In this document: positions 16,688 to 25,729 of the stretch, piece by piece
How positions within the stretch are numbered: the stretch's first letter is position 1
How the letters are laid out: every line of letters starts with the position of its first letter
Virus record (IMG/VR): IMGVR_UViG_3300034170_000057
Strand: one strand, 5' to 3'
Origin: a virus
Taxonomy: Duplodnaviria > Caudoviricetes
Length of the DNA: 64,000 nt
Translations under genes and position numbers: made by a program
Notes under the pieces: generated by a model
Database searches by the model: none
What the model was told of the DNA's origin: nothing
The model's input: only the letters and a program-made list of their open reading frames with translations

Positions 16688-18133
16688 ATGGTAATGAAAG
16701 CCGTCCAAAAGAAAAAGGGCGCGGTGGCCATTAAAGAGGCCAAAAAAGGTAAAGTTTACCGCCGCAAAAACAAATCCAAGCTGAATAAGCTGGCCAAGCA
16801 GCGCTACAAGACCATGACCCCAGCTGAAAAGCTGAAGTTTCATGCGCGTCAGGTATTCACCAAGGCCATGCGCCACGGTGCTACCGAAGCTGAAGCGAAA
16901 AAAGTCGTAATGGCTTGGAAAAAACGCCGCAAGCACCGCGCCGCTGGTACTCATGCTGCTGGTCAAAAGCGTGAAGTGACTGCTGCACAGCGTCAAATCC
17001 GTGAACAAATCCGGAAAAAATCGCTGGGCCTGCAAAGCGCCCACCAGAAAGCACTGAGCAAAATTCGTTCTGCCAAAGTGCCGCCTGCAAAACGCGCCGC
17101 GATGCGTCAAGCCGAAAAAGCCAGCTACGCCAACGCACGTAAAACCCTCGCGGGCGAACGTACCAAGGCCGCTGCCAGCCACCGTCAGGCCATGAAGAAA
17201 ATCAAACCGAAGGGTAAATTCTCCCTGAAGTCCCTGATCAGTAACTACAAGGCCAAGCCGATCAGCACCCAAGGTAAACGTCTGGTTGATATCGGCGCGA
17301 AAGCGGCGAAAGACGGCGTTGCACGAATCGCTGCAAAGCATTTCGGTAATGCAAAACCAGCAGCCAAAAAAGCAGCTGGCGGCGTTACCAAAAAAGCGCC
17401 TAAAAGCGCTGCTGCCTCACCGGCTGCTGCACCGAAGAAAGTAGGCCGTCCGAAAAACGTCGGCACTACCCTTGGCGAAGGTGAAAAACCAACCCGCCGC
17501 GCACTCGGTAGCCCTACCAAAGCAAAACCAGCCGCCGCTGCTCCAGCAGCTGAAAAGCGTAAACCGGGCCGTCCGAAGAAAGTAGCCGCCGCTCCGGCTG
17601 CCGCTGCTGAAGCGAAACCGAAACGCAAATACACCAAGAAAGCCGTAGCCGCTCCAGCCGCTGCCCCAGCAGCTGAGAAACGCAAACCGGGCCGTCCGAA
17701 GAAAGTAGCTGCTGCCGCTCCGGCTGCCGCACCTGCCGCCGAAAAACGCAAACCGGGTCGTCCGAAAAAAGTCGCCGCTGAAGCTGCAAAACCTGCTGCT
17801 AAAGCTCCGGCCAAAAAGCCGACTAAATCCGCTGCTGCCAAGAAACCTGCCGCTGCCGCCCCAGCCGCTGAAAAGCGTAAACCGGGCCGTCCGAAAAAGG
17901 TAACTGAAGCCGCTGCCCCAGCAGCTGAGAAACGCAAACCGGGCCGTCCGAAGAAAGTAGCCGCTGCCGCTCCGGCTGCAAAGCCAGCAGCAAAAGCCAA
18001 AGCCAAGGAAAAAGCAGCAGCCAAAGCTCCGGCCAAAAAGCCGACTAAAGCCGCTGCCGCTAAACCGGCTGCCAAAGCAGCACCTGCCAAGAAAAAAGTT
18101 GGTGGCGCCGTTCCAAAAGCTAAATTCGGTTAA
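16688..18133 (+). CDS. histone-H1/HMGA-like basic DNA-binding protein with repeated AT-hook-like motifs (481 aa)
   Basis: Extremely K/A/P/R-rich; five EKRKPGRPKKV, one KVGRPK and one KRKYTKK; GAGGA SD; own promoter-like site and terminator. Confidence 0.8.
   Translation: MVMKAVQKKKGAVAIKEAKKGKVYRRKNKSKLNKLAKQRYKTMTPAEKLKFHARQVFTKAMRHGATEAEAKKVVMAWKKRRKHRAAGTHAAGQKREVTAAQRQIREQIRKKSLGLQSAHQKALSKIRSAKVPPAKRAAMRQAEKASYANARKTLAGERTKAAASHRQAMKKIKPKGKFSLKSLISNYKAKPISTQGKRLVDIGAKAAKDGVARIAAKHFGNAKPAAKKAAGGVTKKAPKSAAASPAAAPKKVGRPKNVGTTLGEGEKPTRRALGSPTKAKPAAAAPAAEKRKPGRPKKVAAAPAAAAEAKPKRKYTKKAVAAPAAAPAAEKRKPGRPKKVAAAAPAAAPAAEKRKPGRPKKVAAEAAKPAAKAPAKKPTKSAAAKKPAAAAPAAEKRKPGRPKKVTEAAAPAAEKRKPGRPKKVAAAAPAAKPAAKAKAKEKAAAKAPAKKPTKAAAAKPAAKAAPAKKKVGGAVPKAKFG
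17552..17959 (+). repeat. coding tandem repeat: five copies of gaaaagcgtaaaccgggccgtccgaagaaagt-like units with Ala/Pro spacers
   Basis: Copies differ mostly at synonymous positions, consistent with selection at the protein level. Confidence 0.85.
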
Positions 18134-18158
18134 TAGCTGAATAGGCTTTGATTCAAAC

Positions 18159-18198
18159 AAAAAACCCGTCTCTCTGTAAAAGGAGTGGCGGGTTTTTT
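18159..18198 (+). terminator. intrinsic terminator, possibly bidirectional
   Basis: AAAAAACCCGTC...GGCGGGTTTTTT. Confidence 0.8.
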
Positions 18199-18211
18199 GC
18201 TATCTAGACCA

Positions 18212-18219
18212 TAATTTAA
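18212..18219 (+). promoter_or_regulatory. motif B TAATTTAA
   Basis: Directly after a terminator, before the structural block at 18251. Confidence 0.55.
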
Positions 18220-18250
18220 TTGTATATCCACACATTCGGGTGTACGTGCA

Positions 18251-19249
18251 TTGCAAATACAATCAAAATACATTGATGATAATCCAAATATCATTGATTT
18301 GAAAAATGCCCGAAACGCAAACGAAGTCGTAACGGTATTAACCCGGATCAACACGGCTACCAGCGTTTTGGTTTCGAAATTCAACCAAAAGAAGCTGTCA
18401 TTTCTCAAAGTATCCGATGGTGTGGAAGCTCTGACATTCTGCGTCGATTCATTGGTAGAACTCCGTTGTGCGCGTGCTGCTGCGCAAGAGTTTAGCGATT
18501 CGAAACGTGATCGCTGTTTCCAAATGATTGCCGCACAAATGCAGACCATTCGCGCTTTCCAGAAAACTCTTATGGATTTGATTGACAGTGTTTGTTCTCC
18601 GCGAATGGACGAACACCTGAACTACCTTTCGGAAATTGTTTATAGTTTCCTATCAAAGATCAGCCACACCACGCAGCTGCATATTCGTTTACCGGGCTAT
18701 CAAATGATTTGCTTCCGAACCGATAGCGGCATACAGGATAAAAACGGATTCGTTAGCGGGCCAGTCACCGTCAAAGTGACGTTGTACGGCGGGCAGTACC
18801 GCATTGCAATCCCGGATACCCCGTTTGTATTGTCCGAAGAAACCGCCGTCGATACGGCAACGGATGTGCAGACGTATATCAAGGGCAACCTTTCCGATTT
18901 CGAATACATCGACAAACCGGTGCCGAAAGACGACAAATTGCTCGCTTCCAAACTGGTGAAAAGCGTCGATGTAACTGACGACCGTCTTAACGTTGTGTTG
19001 AAACCGTTTGTGAAGCCGGAAGATATCAATAAGTTTCTGACGCAGGTTCTGCCGTATCTCAAGCGTGCGGTAGATTTGCCGAATACTGATATCATCCATC
19101 GCGTGTCGCAGTACGGAAACAATTTCATGATTTCCTTTATCGTAGGTAAGCGGAAAATCTACGATGTGCGATCCCTGAACAAGCTGACGAAACTGCTGAA
19201 CGTCGGCAAAACAGAAAAAGACAAACTCAACACAATCATGGAATCCTAA
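18251..19249 (+). CDS. putative virion structural protein, 332 aa (TTG start)
   Basis: ORF track; TAATTTAA site upstream; first gene of a co-directional block. Confidence 0.55.
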   Translation: MQIQSKYIDDNPNIIDLKNARNANEVVTVLTRINTATSVLVSKFNQKKLSFLKVSDGVEALTFCVDSLVELRCARAAAQEFSDSKRDRCFQMIAAQMQTIRAFQKTLMDLIDSVCSPRMDEHLNYLSEIVYSFLSKISHTTQLHIRLPGYQMICFRTDSGIQDKNGFVSGPVTVKVTLYGGQYRIAIPDTPFVLSEETAVDTATDVQTYIKGNLSDFEYIDKPVPKDDKLLASKLVKSVDVTDDRLNVVLKPFVKPEDINKFLTQVLPYLKRAVDLPNTDIIHRVSQYGNNFMISFIVGKRKIYDVRSLNKLTKLLNVGKTEKDKLNTIMES

Positions 19250-20434
19250 ATGAAACAAGACCTGAGTTTCATCCAGCGTATGACGCCGGAACAGGCTGCG
19301 AAATACTACAACAAACGGAAAAGTTCGTACCGCCGTCTGCTGTCGAAATTTACCAGCCTGTTGCGCATTTTCTTCGGCAAGTCTTCCCGTTCGAATATCG
19401 CCACTGCATCCTCGGTTAAAGTCCGTGAAGTGCGCGGCGGTGCGGATAGCAAAGGCGGTGCCGGTGGCTTTGGGCTGTCCGTTCAAAAGGTCAAGATGCC
19501 CGGCCCGCGCCAACTGCAAAAGAGCCTCGACGCATTGGAAATGCGCGAATCCATTGACGAACTCGACGCCATTATCGACAAGTGCAATGCCACCGAAAAT
19601 GAGGGCATGAAAGCACTGGTCAAAGACATGATCAAAAACCGCAATGCTCTGGTGGAAGTTTACACCGAAGCGCTGCACGCCATGTCCGAAATGTCCGATA
19701 GTGCAATCCCTGACGAAGTGGGCGACCTGTTCAAACGCATTCAAAAGTATTTCGATGGTGTGGAAAAAACCCACATCGCGGGACGCAAGAAAGAGCATGC
19801 GGAAGCGGTGAAAGCTGCTAAAGACGCGGGCCTGTCGGAACCCACGGAACCCGATGAGGATGAACTCGCGTACTACCTCAACATCGGCACCAAAGACGGC
19901 GGCGTTGATTTCGTATTGAACTGCGACGTAACGCACTGGCGCAATTTCAGCGAAGGTTTCCACAAGGCGCTGACCGTCGTGGTCACTGCGCGTCTGGAGC
20001 CAACCGAAACCGCGTTCGCCATTCGCACCTACGTGAACATTCTTGATCGTGTGGCGCTGCCGTATCTGTACAACCTCGGCACCGAAATCAAAGGCGAAAA
20101 CACGGCGGCAATCGCGAAAAACTTCGTGAGTAATATCGACCGTGAAATTGCCCGTCATGACGTGGTGATGTTCGCTGCAAAAGCCGACCTCGCTGGTCTG
20201 GACGCAACCGAAGTCACAACCCGCCTGTCTGCAATCAAAGGCGTGTCCGGCGTCACCGTCGAAGCGAACGAAGTTATTCTGGAATTCCCGGATAATGATC
20301 GCAATGTTCAAGAAGCAGTTTTGAGCGTTTTCCGTGGCTTGCCAGTAATCAAAGCGCTGATCAAGAAAGGTTATACGCAGGCTCTGACCACTATTGATCA
20401 GAACGTTCATTCCTACAGCCTGACGCTGAAGTAA
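19250..20434 (+). CDS. putative virion (head) protein, 394 aa
   Basis: ORF track; contains IATASS motif shared with head proteins. Confidence 0.55.
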   Translation: MKQDLSFIQRMTPEQAAKYYNKRKSSYRRLLSKFTSLLRIFFGKSSRSNIATASSVKVREVRGGADSKGGAGGFGLSVQKVKMPGPRQLQKSLDALEMRESIDELDAIIDKCNATENEGMKALVKDMIKNRNALVEVYTEALHAMSEMSDSAIPDEVGDLFKRIQKYFDGVEKTHIAGRKKEHAEAVKAAKDAGLSEPTEPDEDELAYYLNIGTKDGGVDFVLNCDVTHWRNFSEGFHKALTVVVTARLEPTETAFAIRTYVNILDRVALPYLYNLGTEIKGENTAAIAKNFVSNIDREIARHDVVMFAAKADLAGLDATEVTTRLSAIKGVSGVTVEANEVILEFPDNDRNVQEAVLSVFRGLPVIKALIKKGYTQALTTIDQNVHSYSLTLK

Positions 20435-21340
20435 TTGCACTACTTCATTTCCAAGCCGTTAGATTTTCGTCTTTCGGCTTGGCCCCGTGGCGGCGATAAC
20501 TACATCACCACCTATAACACCGACCGTTATTTGATCGACATTAAAATGGTTCTCGATTATGTCGAAGAATCATTGAAGAAAACGCCGATGGCGTTCATCT
20601 TTAAAACCACGTTTACGCTGGTGAACATCTGGTCGATGTACAACAACATGAGCGTGGGGCTTGTCGATATGCCCCCGAAAGAAGTCCGGCGCACAGGCCT
20701 TGTGTTTACGTTCGCCCGGACGCTACGGAATAATGCTGACGTTCCAACCGTCAAGCACCAAACGTGGATGCGTGGCTATACCGCCATATGGGGAACAGCC
20801 GATAATCAGTCCGCAGATTTCATTAGCATTTCGATTCCGTTGAACATTCTGACACGTGCGCGCATGCAGCAAATGATGGAACGTGATCAGCGGTATTTGT
20901 ACGACATTGCAGGCGGATACACGAAAGCGATTATCCGGCAAAAGATCGGTTACACCGGTGGCGTTGAATCCACTGCTGGAAAACTCCTTTACCAGAATAT
21001 CCCAAGAGCCATGTTCTATACGGCCATGGATGATTGGAAATATGTTCTGGATTTCTGGAAGCGTATGCCCGATTTGTTGCATGTAGAATGGACGCCGAAA
21101 TTCATTGAATATTACGTCCGCTTTATTGCACCGAATCTGCCAATGCGCCGACGCAGTAAGTATTATGCACAGTACGAAGGTGAAGCGCAGGACAGCATTC
21201 GCGAATTCATTCTGCGTTTTGTGCAAAACCAAATCGAACCCGAGGAAGCTGGCCTAGCCGCGCTGCTGCCTTTGGAAGAATCCGCATTGCAAGATATTGA
21301 GACGCTAGTTGTTCAACTGTCTCAAGGGGTTGTGGAATGA
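20435..21340 (+). CDS. hypothetical protein, 301 aa (TTG start directly after the upstream stop)
   Basis: ORF track. Confidence 0.55.
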   Translation: MHYFISKPLDFRLSAWPRGGDNYITTYNTDRYLIDIKMVLDYVEESLKKTPMAFIFKTTFTLVNIWSMYNNMSVGLVDMPPKEVRRTGLVFTFARTLRNNADVPTVKHQTWMRGYTAIWGTADNQSADFISISIPLNILTRARMQQMMERDQRYLYDIAGGYTKAIIRQKIGYTGGVESTAGKLLYQNIPRAMFYTAMDDWKYVLDFWKRMPDLLHVEWTPKFIEYYVRFIAPNLPMRRRSKYYAQYEGEAQDSIREFILRFVQNQIEPEEAGLAALLPLEESALQDIETLVVQLSQGVVE

Positions 21341-22554
21341 CCACCGTTCACGAAGGCGCAACCTGTACAATTATCGAAGAGTTTTTCGACGACTTCGACG
21401 ATCCGGTAATCCCGACGGAAAATAGTCCGGCGCCGCTTGTTCGTTTGTTCGACACTGACAAATCGGTAATTGCCGAGGTTTACGCAAAGCCGTATCAAAG
21501 CCAGCCCGGTCACTGGATTGCAGATTTACCGATCCCGAATATGAACCTGCGTGACGCCGTTGATTTGGTTGCACGCTGGACGTTTTCTAGTGACGTTGGG
21601 CAGTATCAGGCACGTTCAATTATCACCGTGGAACCGGCGAGCGTTGGGCGTGAATCTGACGTGGTTATTATTTGCGGACGTGACACGCGCATGCAGTTGA
21701 GTGTGCCCGTCACGTACAAGCCGCCAGTAGCCGCGAAGAAAGCCGACATGGCCGCTGGCACCACCGCGAAGAAAGCAAAGGAGGGTGATCTATTAACGGT
21801 TTCTCTCTACTACAACAACAAAACGGTTTTCGCTGATTGGGACGTGGAAGACAAAGCAATTAAAGTCGAACGTCAAAAGAATCGTACCGTTATCGACATG
21901 CCTGCAATTATCGGTAATCCGCAAATGTTCCCTCTAACGATGCTGGTGGATCACACCCCAGCGCGTAAGATTGCCAAAACTACGATGACTTACAAAGTGT
22001 GGGCAATTACCCCGCAAATCCTGACGGCCAGCCGCCAGCTTGAGGATTACATTAACCGTGCGCGGATCGCGAACATTATTCCTGAATTGGAATACACGCA
22101 ATCCGATATCATGGAATATCTCTCGCGTGGGTTGAGTTTCTTCAACGGATTGCAGCCGAACATTACGAACTTTACCGGCACCAACATGCAAGGGCCTTTG
22201 CTCGATGCATGGCTGACTTGTTCGTGTATCTACGCGCTCGGTTCGCAGAACTTGGCCGAGGGTAGTTTGGCATTTGATTTCGGTGGGCAAACAGTCAGCT
22301 TGAACGTTGACCGAACCCCTGCAATCGAAAGCGCATTGGGCCGTATTGATGCGCAAATTGAAAGCCAAGTAAAACCGCTGAAAAAATTGTTAGGTCGTGC
22401 TGGTGCTTTGGGCGGCGATGGCAGTGTGGGCGGTGGCTTCATTGATTCAAGTCGTGCGTTCGGTATCCTTGGGATTTCGAATACTGCGATGACGCGTATA
22501 CCGGGTTATCCGGGACGTGGATCGACTGGCGGATTCTTCCGCAATTTCTTTTAA
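21337..22554 (+). CDS. putative virion protein, possibly head-tail adaptor/neck-like
   Basis: Helical C-terminal ~130 aa ending in a Gly-rich tail, reminiscent of neck/adaptor proteins; function is inference. Confidence 0.4.
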   Translation: MTTVHEGATCTIIEEFFDDFDDPVIPTENSPAPLVRLFDTDKSVIAEVYAKPYQSQPGHWIADLPIPNMNLRDAVDLVARWTFSSDVGQYQARSIITVEPASVGRESDVVIICGRDTRMQLSVPVTYKPPVAAKKADMAAGTTAKKAKEGDLLTVSLYYNNKTVFADWDVEDKAIKVERQKNRTVIDMPAIIGNPQMFPLTMLVDHTPARKIAKTTMTYKVWAITPQILTASRQLEDYINRARIANIIPELEYTQSDIMEYLSRGLSFFNGLQPNITNFTGTNMQGPLLDAWLTCSCIYALGSQNLAEGSLAFDFGGQTVSLNVDRTPAIESALGRIDAQIESQVKPLKKLLGRAGALGGDGSVGGGFIDSSRAFGILGISNTAMTRIPGYPGRGSTGGFFRNFF

Positions 22555-22573
22555 CGTGACGTGGGGCATAAAG

Positions 22574-22960
22574 ATGACCGAACAACCGATGACCGAACAG
22601 CAACTCAAAGATAAATATGATGTAGAAAATTGCACGTATTTGCAGCGTCTTCCGGAAGCCCTAGAAAAGGGCGTCATTGTTGACGATACCATTTTCCAAA
22701 ACATGGAAGAGGCGGCCACGCTTCTTAGCAAATCTAAATACGCGCTGCTTCACAATAAACCGTGGTCTGACATTATCGGTTCCAATGCGTGTGCGGCTGT
22801 ATTTGATCCGCTTACGAAATACTCATTGGTAATGGATGGAAGCCTCGGTCAAATGCTCGGTTGTCAGTTGTATACCGATGGTTTCATGGCTCCGCATTTG
22901 AAAGATAAAAGCCCGGAAACAATGGGCAAGGTTATCTTCGTGCCCCGCGACACTGAATAA
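22574..22960 (+). CDS. stand-alone paralog of part of the major capsid protein (128 aa; start re-called to 22574)
   Basis: 50-aa ungapped alignment to the MCP at 61820-62920 with 28 identities (WSDIIGSN...DP.TKY.L...G.LG...G.QL.TDGF.AP). Confidence 0.8.
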   Translation: MTEQPMTEQQLKDKYDVENCTYLQRLPEALEKGVIVDDTIFQNMEEAATLLSKSKYALLHNKPWSDIIGSNACAAVFDPLTKYSLVMDGSLGQMLGCQLYTDGFMAPHLKDKSPETMGKVIFVPRDTE

Positions 22961-22963
22961 ACG

Positions 22964-22971
22964 TAATTTAA
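22964..22971 (+). promoter_or_regulatory. motif B TAATTTAA
   Basis: Intergenic, before 22999. Confidence 0.55.
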
Positions 22972-22998
22972 TCATACATCCTCTGGAGATTCACCAAC

Positions 22999-23847
22999 AT
23001 GACTTTTAATGCCGCCAAAGCCCGTGATGCTCTGGTTACTTCCGGTAAGACCGCAGTAACCAAAGTCGAAATTCGCGAAGCATTCCCAATCGACGACCGT
23101 TTCATGCGTATCGTTGCCGTTGCCTCTGCTGGCGCCAGCGCCGAACAGGTTTACGCTGGTATCAAATCGCAATTCAAGGGCGTTACCCCGATTCACGGTA
23201 CGTTCGTTTCGCTCGCCGCTGAACCGACCCTGCACCACTTCGAAGGTATCGTCGGCGTCGTTTCCGAACGCGTTGTCGTGAACGAAGAAACTAAGGCCGC
23301 TAATTACAAAGCTGTCGCCGCCAACATGTACATGGACGCAGACGAAAATCTGTGGACTCTGCGCAAAACCCAAACCGGCGAAGTAATGGTTAAATCCATC
23401 TGCGCCGACGACGCTCTGGTAATGCAGCAACTGCTGGCCGTTGCCAAAACCGACCTGAACGATTTCAACAACAAAAATCTGCACATGCAATCTGCACAAG
23501 ATCGTGCAATGGTGCAGGGCGGTGATTTGATCACCTACGTTTCGCAACAGTCGGCTGACCTGCAAATGGCAATCGCCTGCGCCGCAATCGACAACGAAGA
23601 CGGTTCGCCTACTCCGGAAATTTTCGTTGTGCGTCCGAACGGTCAAACCGAAACCGTCCACCGCGAAATGATCGTTGTTACTGCTGGCGCTGTGCAGCTG
23701 GAAGCGGAAGAGGCGCAAGATTCCATCGCCGTTGCCTCGGCTGCCGACGTTGATCGCTTCGCGGCCTTCTACAGCCGCGTGTATGCCCGCCGTCCTGCGT
23801 TCTTTGAAGAATTCATGACCCGCGTTCGCGCTCACGTGTTCTTCTAA
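22999..23847 (+). CDS. putative abundant virion/head protein, 282 aa
   Basis: Own TAATTTAA site, GGAGA SD and terminator; codon usage like the MCP; several AVAS motifs. Confidence 0.6.
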   Translation: MTFNAAKARDALVTSGKTAVTKVEIREAFPIDDRFMRIVAVASAGASAEQVYAGIKSQFKGVTPIHGTFVSLAAEPTLHHFEGIVGVVSERVVVNEETKAANYKAVAANMYMDADENLWTLRKTQTGEVMVKSICADDALVMQQLLAVAKTDLNDFNNKNLHMQSAQDRAMVQGGDLITYVSQQSADLQMAIACAAIDNEDGSPTPEIFVVRPNGQTETVHREMIVVTAGAVQLEAEEAQDSIAVASAADVDRFAAFYSRVYARRPAFFEEFMTRVRAHVFF

Positions 23848-23865
23848 CAAAAAGCGGGAAATTCA

Positions 23866-23890
23866 GAAGGGGGCCATGCGCCCCCTTTTG
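23866..23890 (+). terminator. intrinsic terminator
   Basis: GAAGGGGGC-CATGC-GCCCCCTTTTG. Confidence 0.75.
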
Positions 23891-23926
23891 TCGGTTTGTG
23901 GTGCAATTTGCGGTTAGGGGGAATGT

Positions 23927-24715
23927 ATGGCTAAGGTGAAAAGTTCCGGTGTGAAAGTACGCACCGTGCGCGGGGGCGATGACGACGACGTTCGTGTTGA
24001 TGATCGCGGCAAACTTCGCAATAAACACCTTGACGACGGTCGTGGCCCATCCGTTAAGAAAAAGAAAAAGGTTAAAGTCGAAAAACACGAAGCAATCGTG
24101 ATCGAGGATAACACTTTCAAAGTTGGGCAAGATCCAATCAAGAAAAAGAAAAAGAAAGCGCTGGAAGGGGAATTGCTTCCCGGCTCCAAATCTCTGCGCA
24201 CAGAACTCATGTTGCCAGCTGGCGGCGTAGCTCTGAAAAAGAAAGCGAAAGGCAAAGCCACCACGATTGCAGCGGTGGAAGAATACGTACACCTACCGGC
24301 CCCGGTCGATGAATACGATGCGGAAACTCGCCGTATTTTTGAGCAATTGATTCAGACTGCTCAACGTCTCGAAGAACAGATGGAAGATCGCATTTACAAC
24401 AAAGACGTTTATGCGCTGAATACCATCTATTCGCAGATTCGCGAAGTGATTGCCGACCTGCGTGCAACCCGCGATATTTCTGCACAGGTTTCCGAACTGG
24501 AAGCGATTGTGATGCGTCCGTATCAGCAACTGATCGCACAAGGTTTTACCGATATTTACTTCCACATGATGGGCGCGATTTCCAAGTTTATCAAAGACGA
24601 AGACGAACGCGCAGAAGTACACAAAAAACTGAAAGATACTTTGGGTGAAGTTGCGGCCTCCGTGACTGAAGAATATCCAAAGGCATTGGATCGCATGAGG
24701 AAGGTATTGCTATGA
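23927..24715 (+). CDS. hypothetical protein with a poly-Lys N-terminal half and helical C-terminal half (terminase small subunit is one possibility)
   Basis: KKKKKVK and KKKKKKAL runs; directly upstream of an HNH gene. The TerS idea rests on context only. Confidence 0.55.
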   Translation: MAKVKSSGVKVRTVRGGDDDDVRVDDRGKLRNKHLDDGRGPSVKKKKKVKVEKHEAIVIEDNTFKVGQDPIKKKKKKALEGELLPGSKSLRTELMLPAGGVALKKKAKGKATTIAAVEEYVHLPAPVDEYDAETRRIFEQLIQTAQRLEEQMEDRIYNKDVYALNTIYSQIREVIADLRATRDISAQVSELEAIVMRPYQQLIAQGFTDIYFHMMGAISKFIKDEDERAEVHKKLKDTLGEVAASVTEEYPKALDRMRKVLL

Positions 24716-25065
24716 GGCCGACGCGTGTTGCCCCTAAACGGGTTAAGAGTGTTGCAAGCGGGCCGAAGAAAGCAAAAGTGGTGGCTAAAGTACGCCGCGC
24801 CTCTTCCGTTGTTTACGGCGACCGCTCCGAGTGGATGGCAATTCGTGCGAAGGTAATTGCACGCGACGGAAACAAATGCACGAAATGTCCGAACACCACT
24901 TATTTGCAGGTCGATCACATTCGCCCCGCCAGTGCTGGTGGACAGACCGTAATGCACAACCTGCGTACCCTTTGCGCCGACTGCCACGCCGCACAACACA
25001 GCAGCCGACATTCCAAACATCTAATCCTAGCGAAGAAGAAAAAAGATGCTAAAGATGCCACCTGA
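24712..25065 (+). CDS. HNH endonuclease
   Basis: W..IR..V..RDG.KCTKC....LQVDHIRPASAGGQTVMHNLRTLCADCHAAQH. Confidence 0.9.
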   Translation: MRPTRVAPKRVKSVASGPKKAKVVAKVRRASSVVYGDRSEWMAIRAKVIARDGNKCTKCPNTTYLQVDHIRPASAGGQTVMHNLRTLCADCHAAQHSSRHSKHLILAKKKKDAKDAT

Positions 25066-25729
25066 CATTGAGCCGGAATTCGCCGGTTCGTGGGAAGCGT
25101 TTTTAGAATTACCCGATGTAAAAAAACTTGAACCAAAAGTATTGAAAGAGTGTTTTCGAATCCTTTTGGGACAGGCTGGGGTAAAGGTCAAAACGCTCCA
25201 CACACTGAAGGATTTCTTTACTGTAAATAAACTGTATGGCGCATTCAATTCAGCGCTTACAGCCAAGTTTCTTTTGTATCATCTGAAACCCGTTAAGCAC
25301 ACGTTTGAAGTCGTGCTGGATGCTGACGACCTGACCAACGTTGTGTACGGTTTCAAGATCGTGGGCAAAGTTAAAATGAAAGCCCAACGGTTTAGCTTGG
25401 ATTATTTGCTGAATCGTTTGGTGCAGGTCAAGGTTCTAAAGGAATTGCCAGACACATTGCAGCTTGATCGACGCACCATCATGCGCGGCGGCGAAAAAAC
25501 TACAATCGTAGCTGATCGCTGCCCCGGAACAATCCGCCAAGTAAAACCTTGGCAGGAAAATGTGGTGGTTGTAAACCAAGCCATGAAAATCAGTATTGCG
25601 CGACTGAAAGGTGATCACCTCTATTTGCATTATGAGGTTTTCTTCCATACAGAAATGCCGCACTACCCGCTATTAGAAAAAGAACTCTTAGCCGTCTGGC
25701 GAAGGGCCTCAATTGGAGACTTACGATGA
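25046..25729 (+). CDS. hypothetical protein, 227 aa
   Basis: ORF track. Confidence 0.6.
   Translation: MLKMPPDIEPEFAGSWEAFLELPDVKKLEPKVLKECFRILLGQAGVKVKTLHTLKDFFTVNKLYGAFNSALTAKFLLYHLKPVKHTFEVVLDADDLTNVVYGFKIVGKVKMKAQRFSLDYLLNRLVQVKVLKELPDTLQLDRRTIMRGGEKTTIVADRCPGTIRQVKPWQENVVVVNQAMKISIARLKGDHLYLHYEVFFHTEMPHYPLLEKELLAVWRRASIGDLR
25219..25229 (+). promoter_or_regulatory. motif A TACTGTAAATA, intragenic, upstream of the SNF2-like helicase block
   Basis: Exact copy. Confidence 0.45.

Noticed and set aside
17552-17959. ~33-bp direct repeats with variable spacers, superficially CRISPR-like
   Set aside because: In frame within a CDS, vary at synonymous sites, spacers are Ala/Pro codons, and there are no cas genes.
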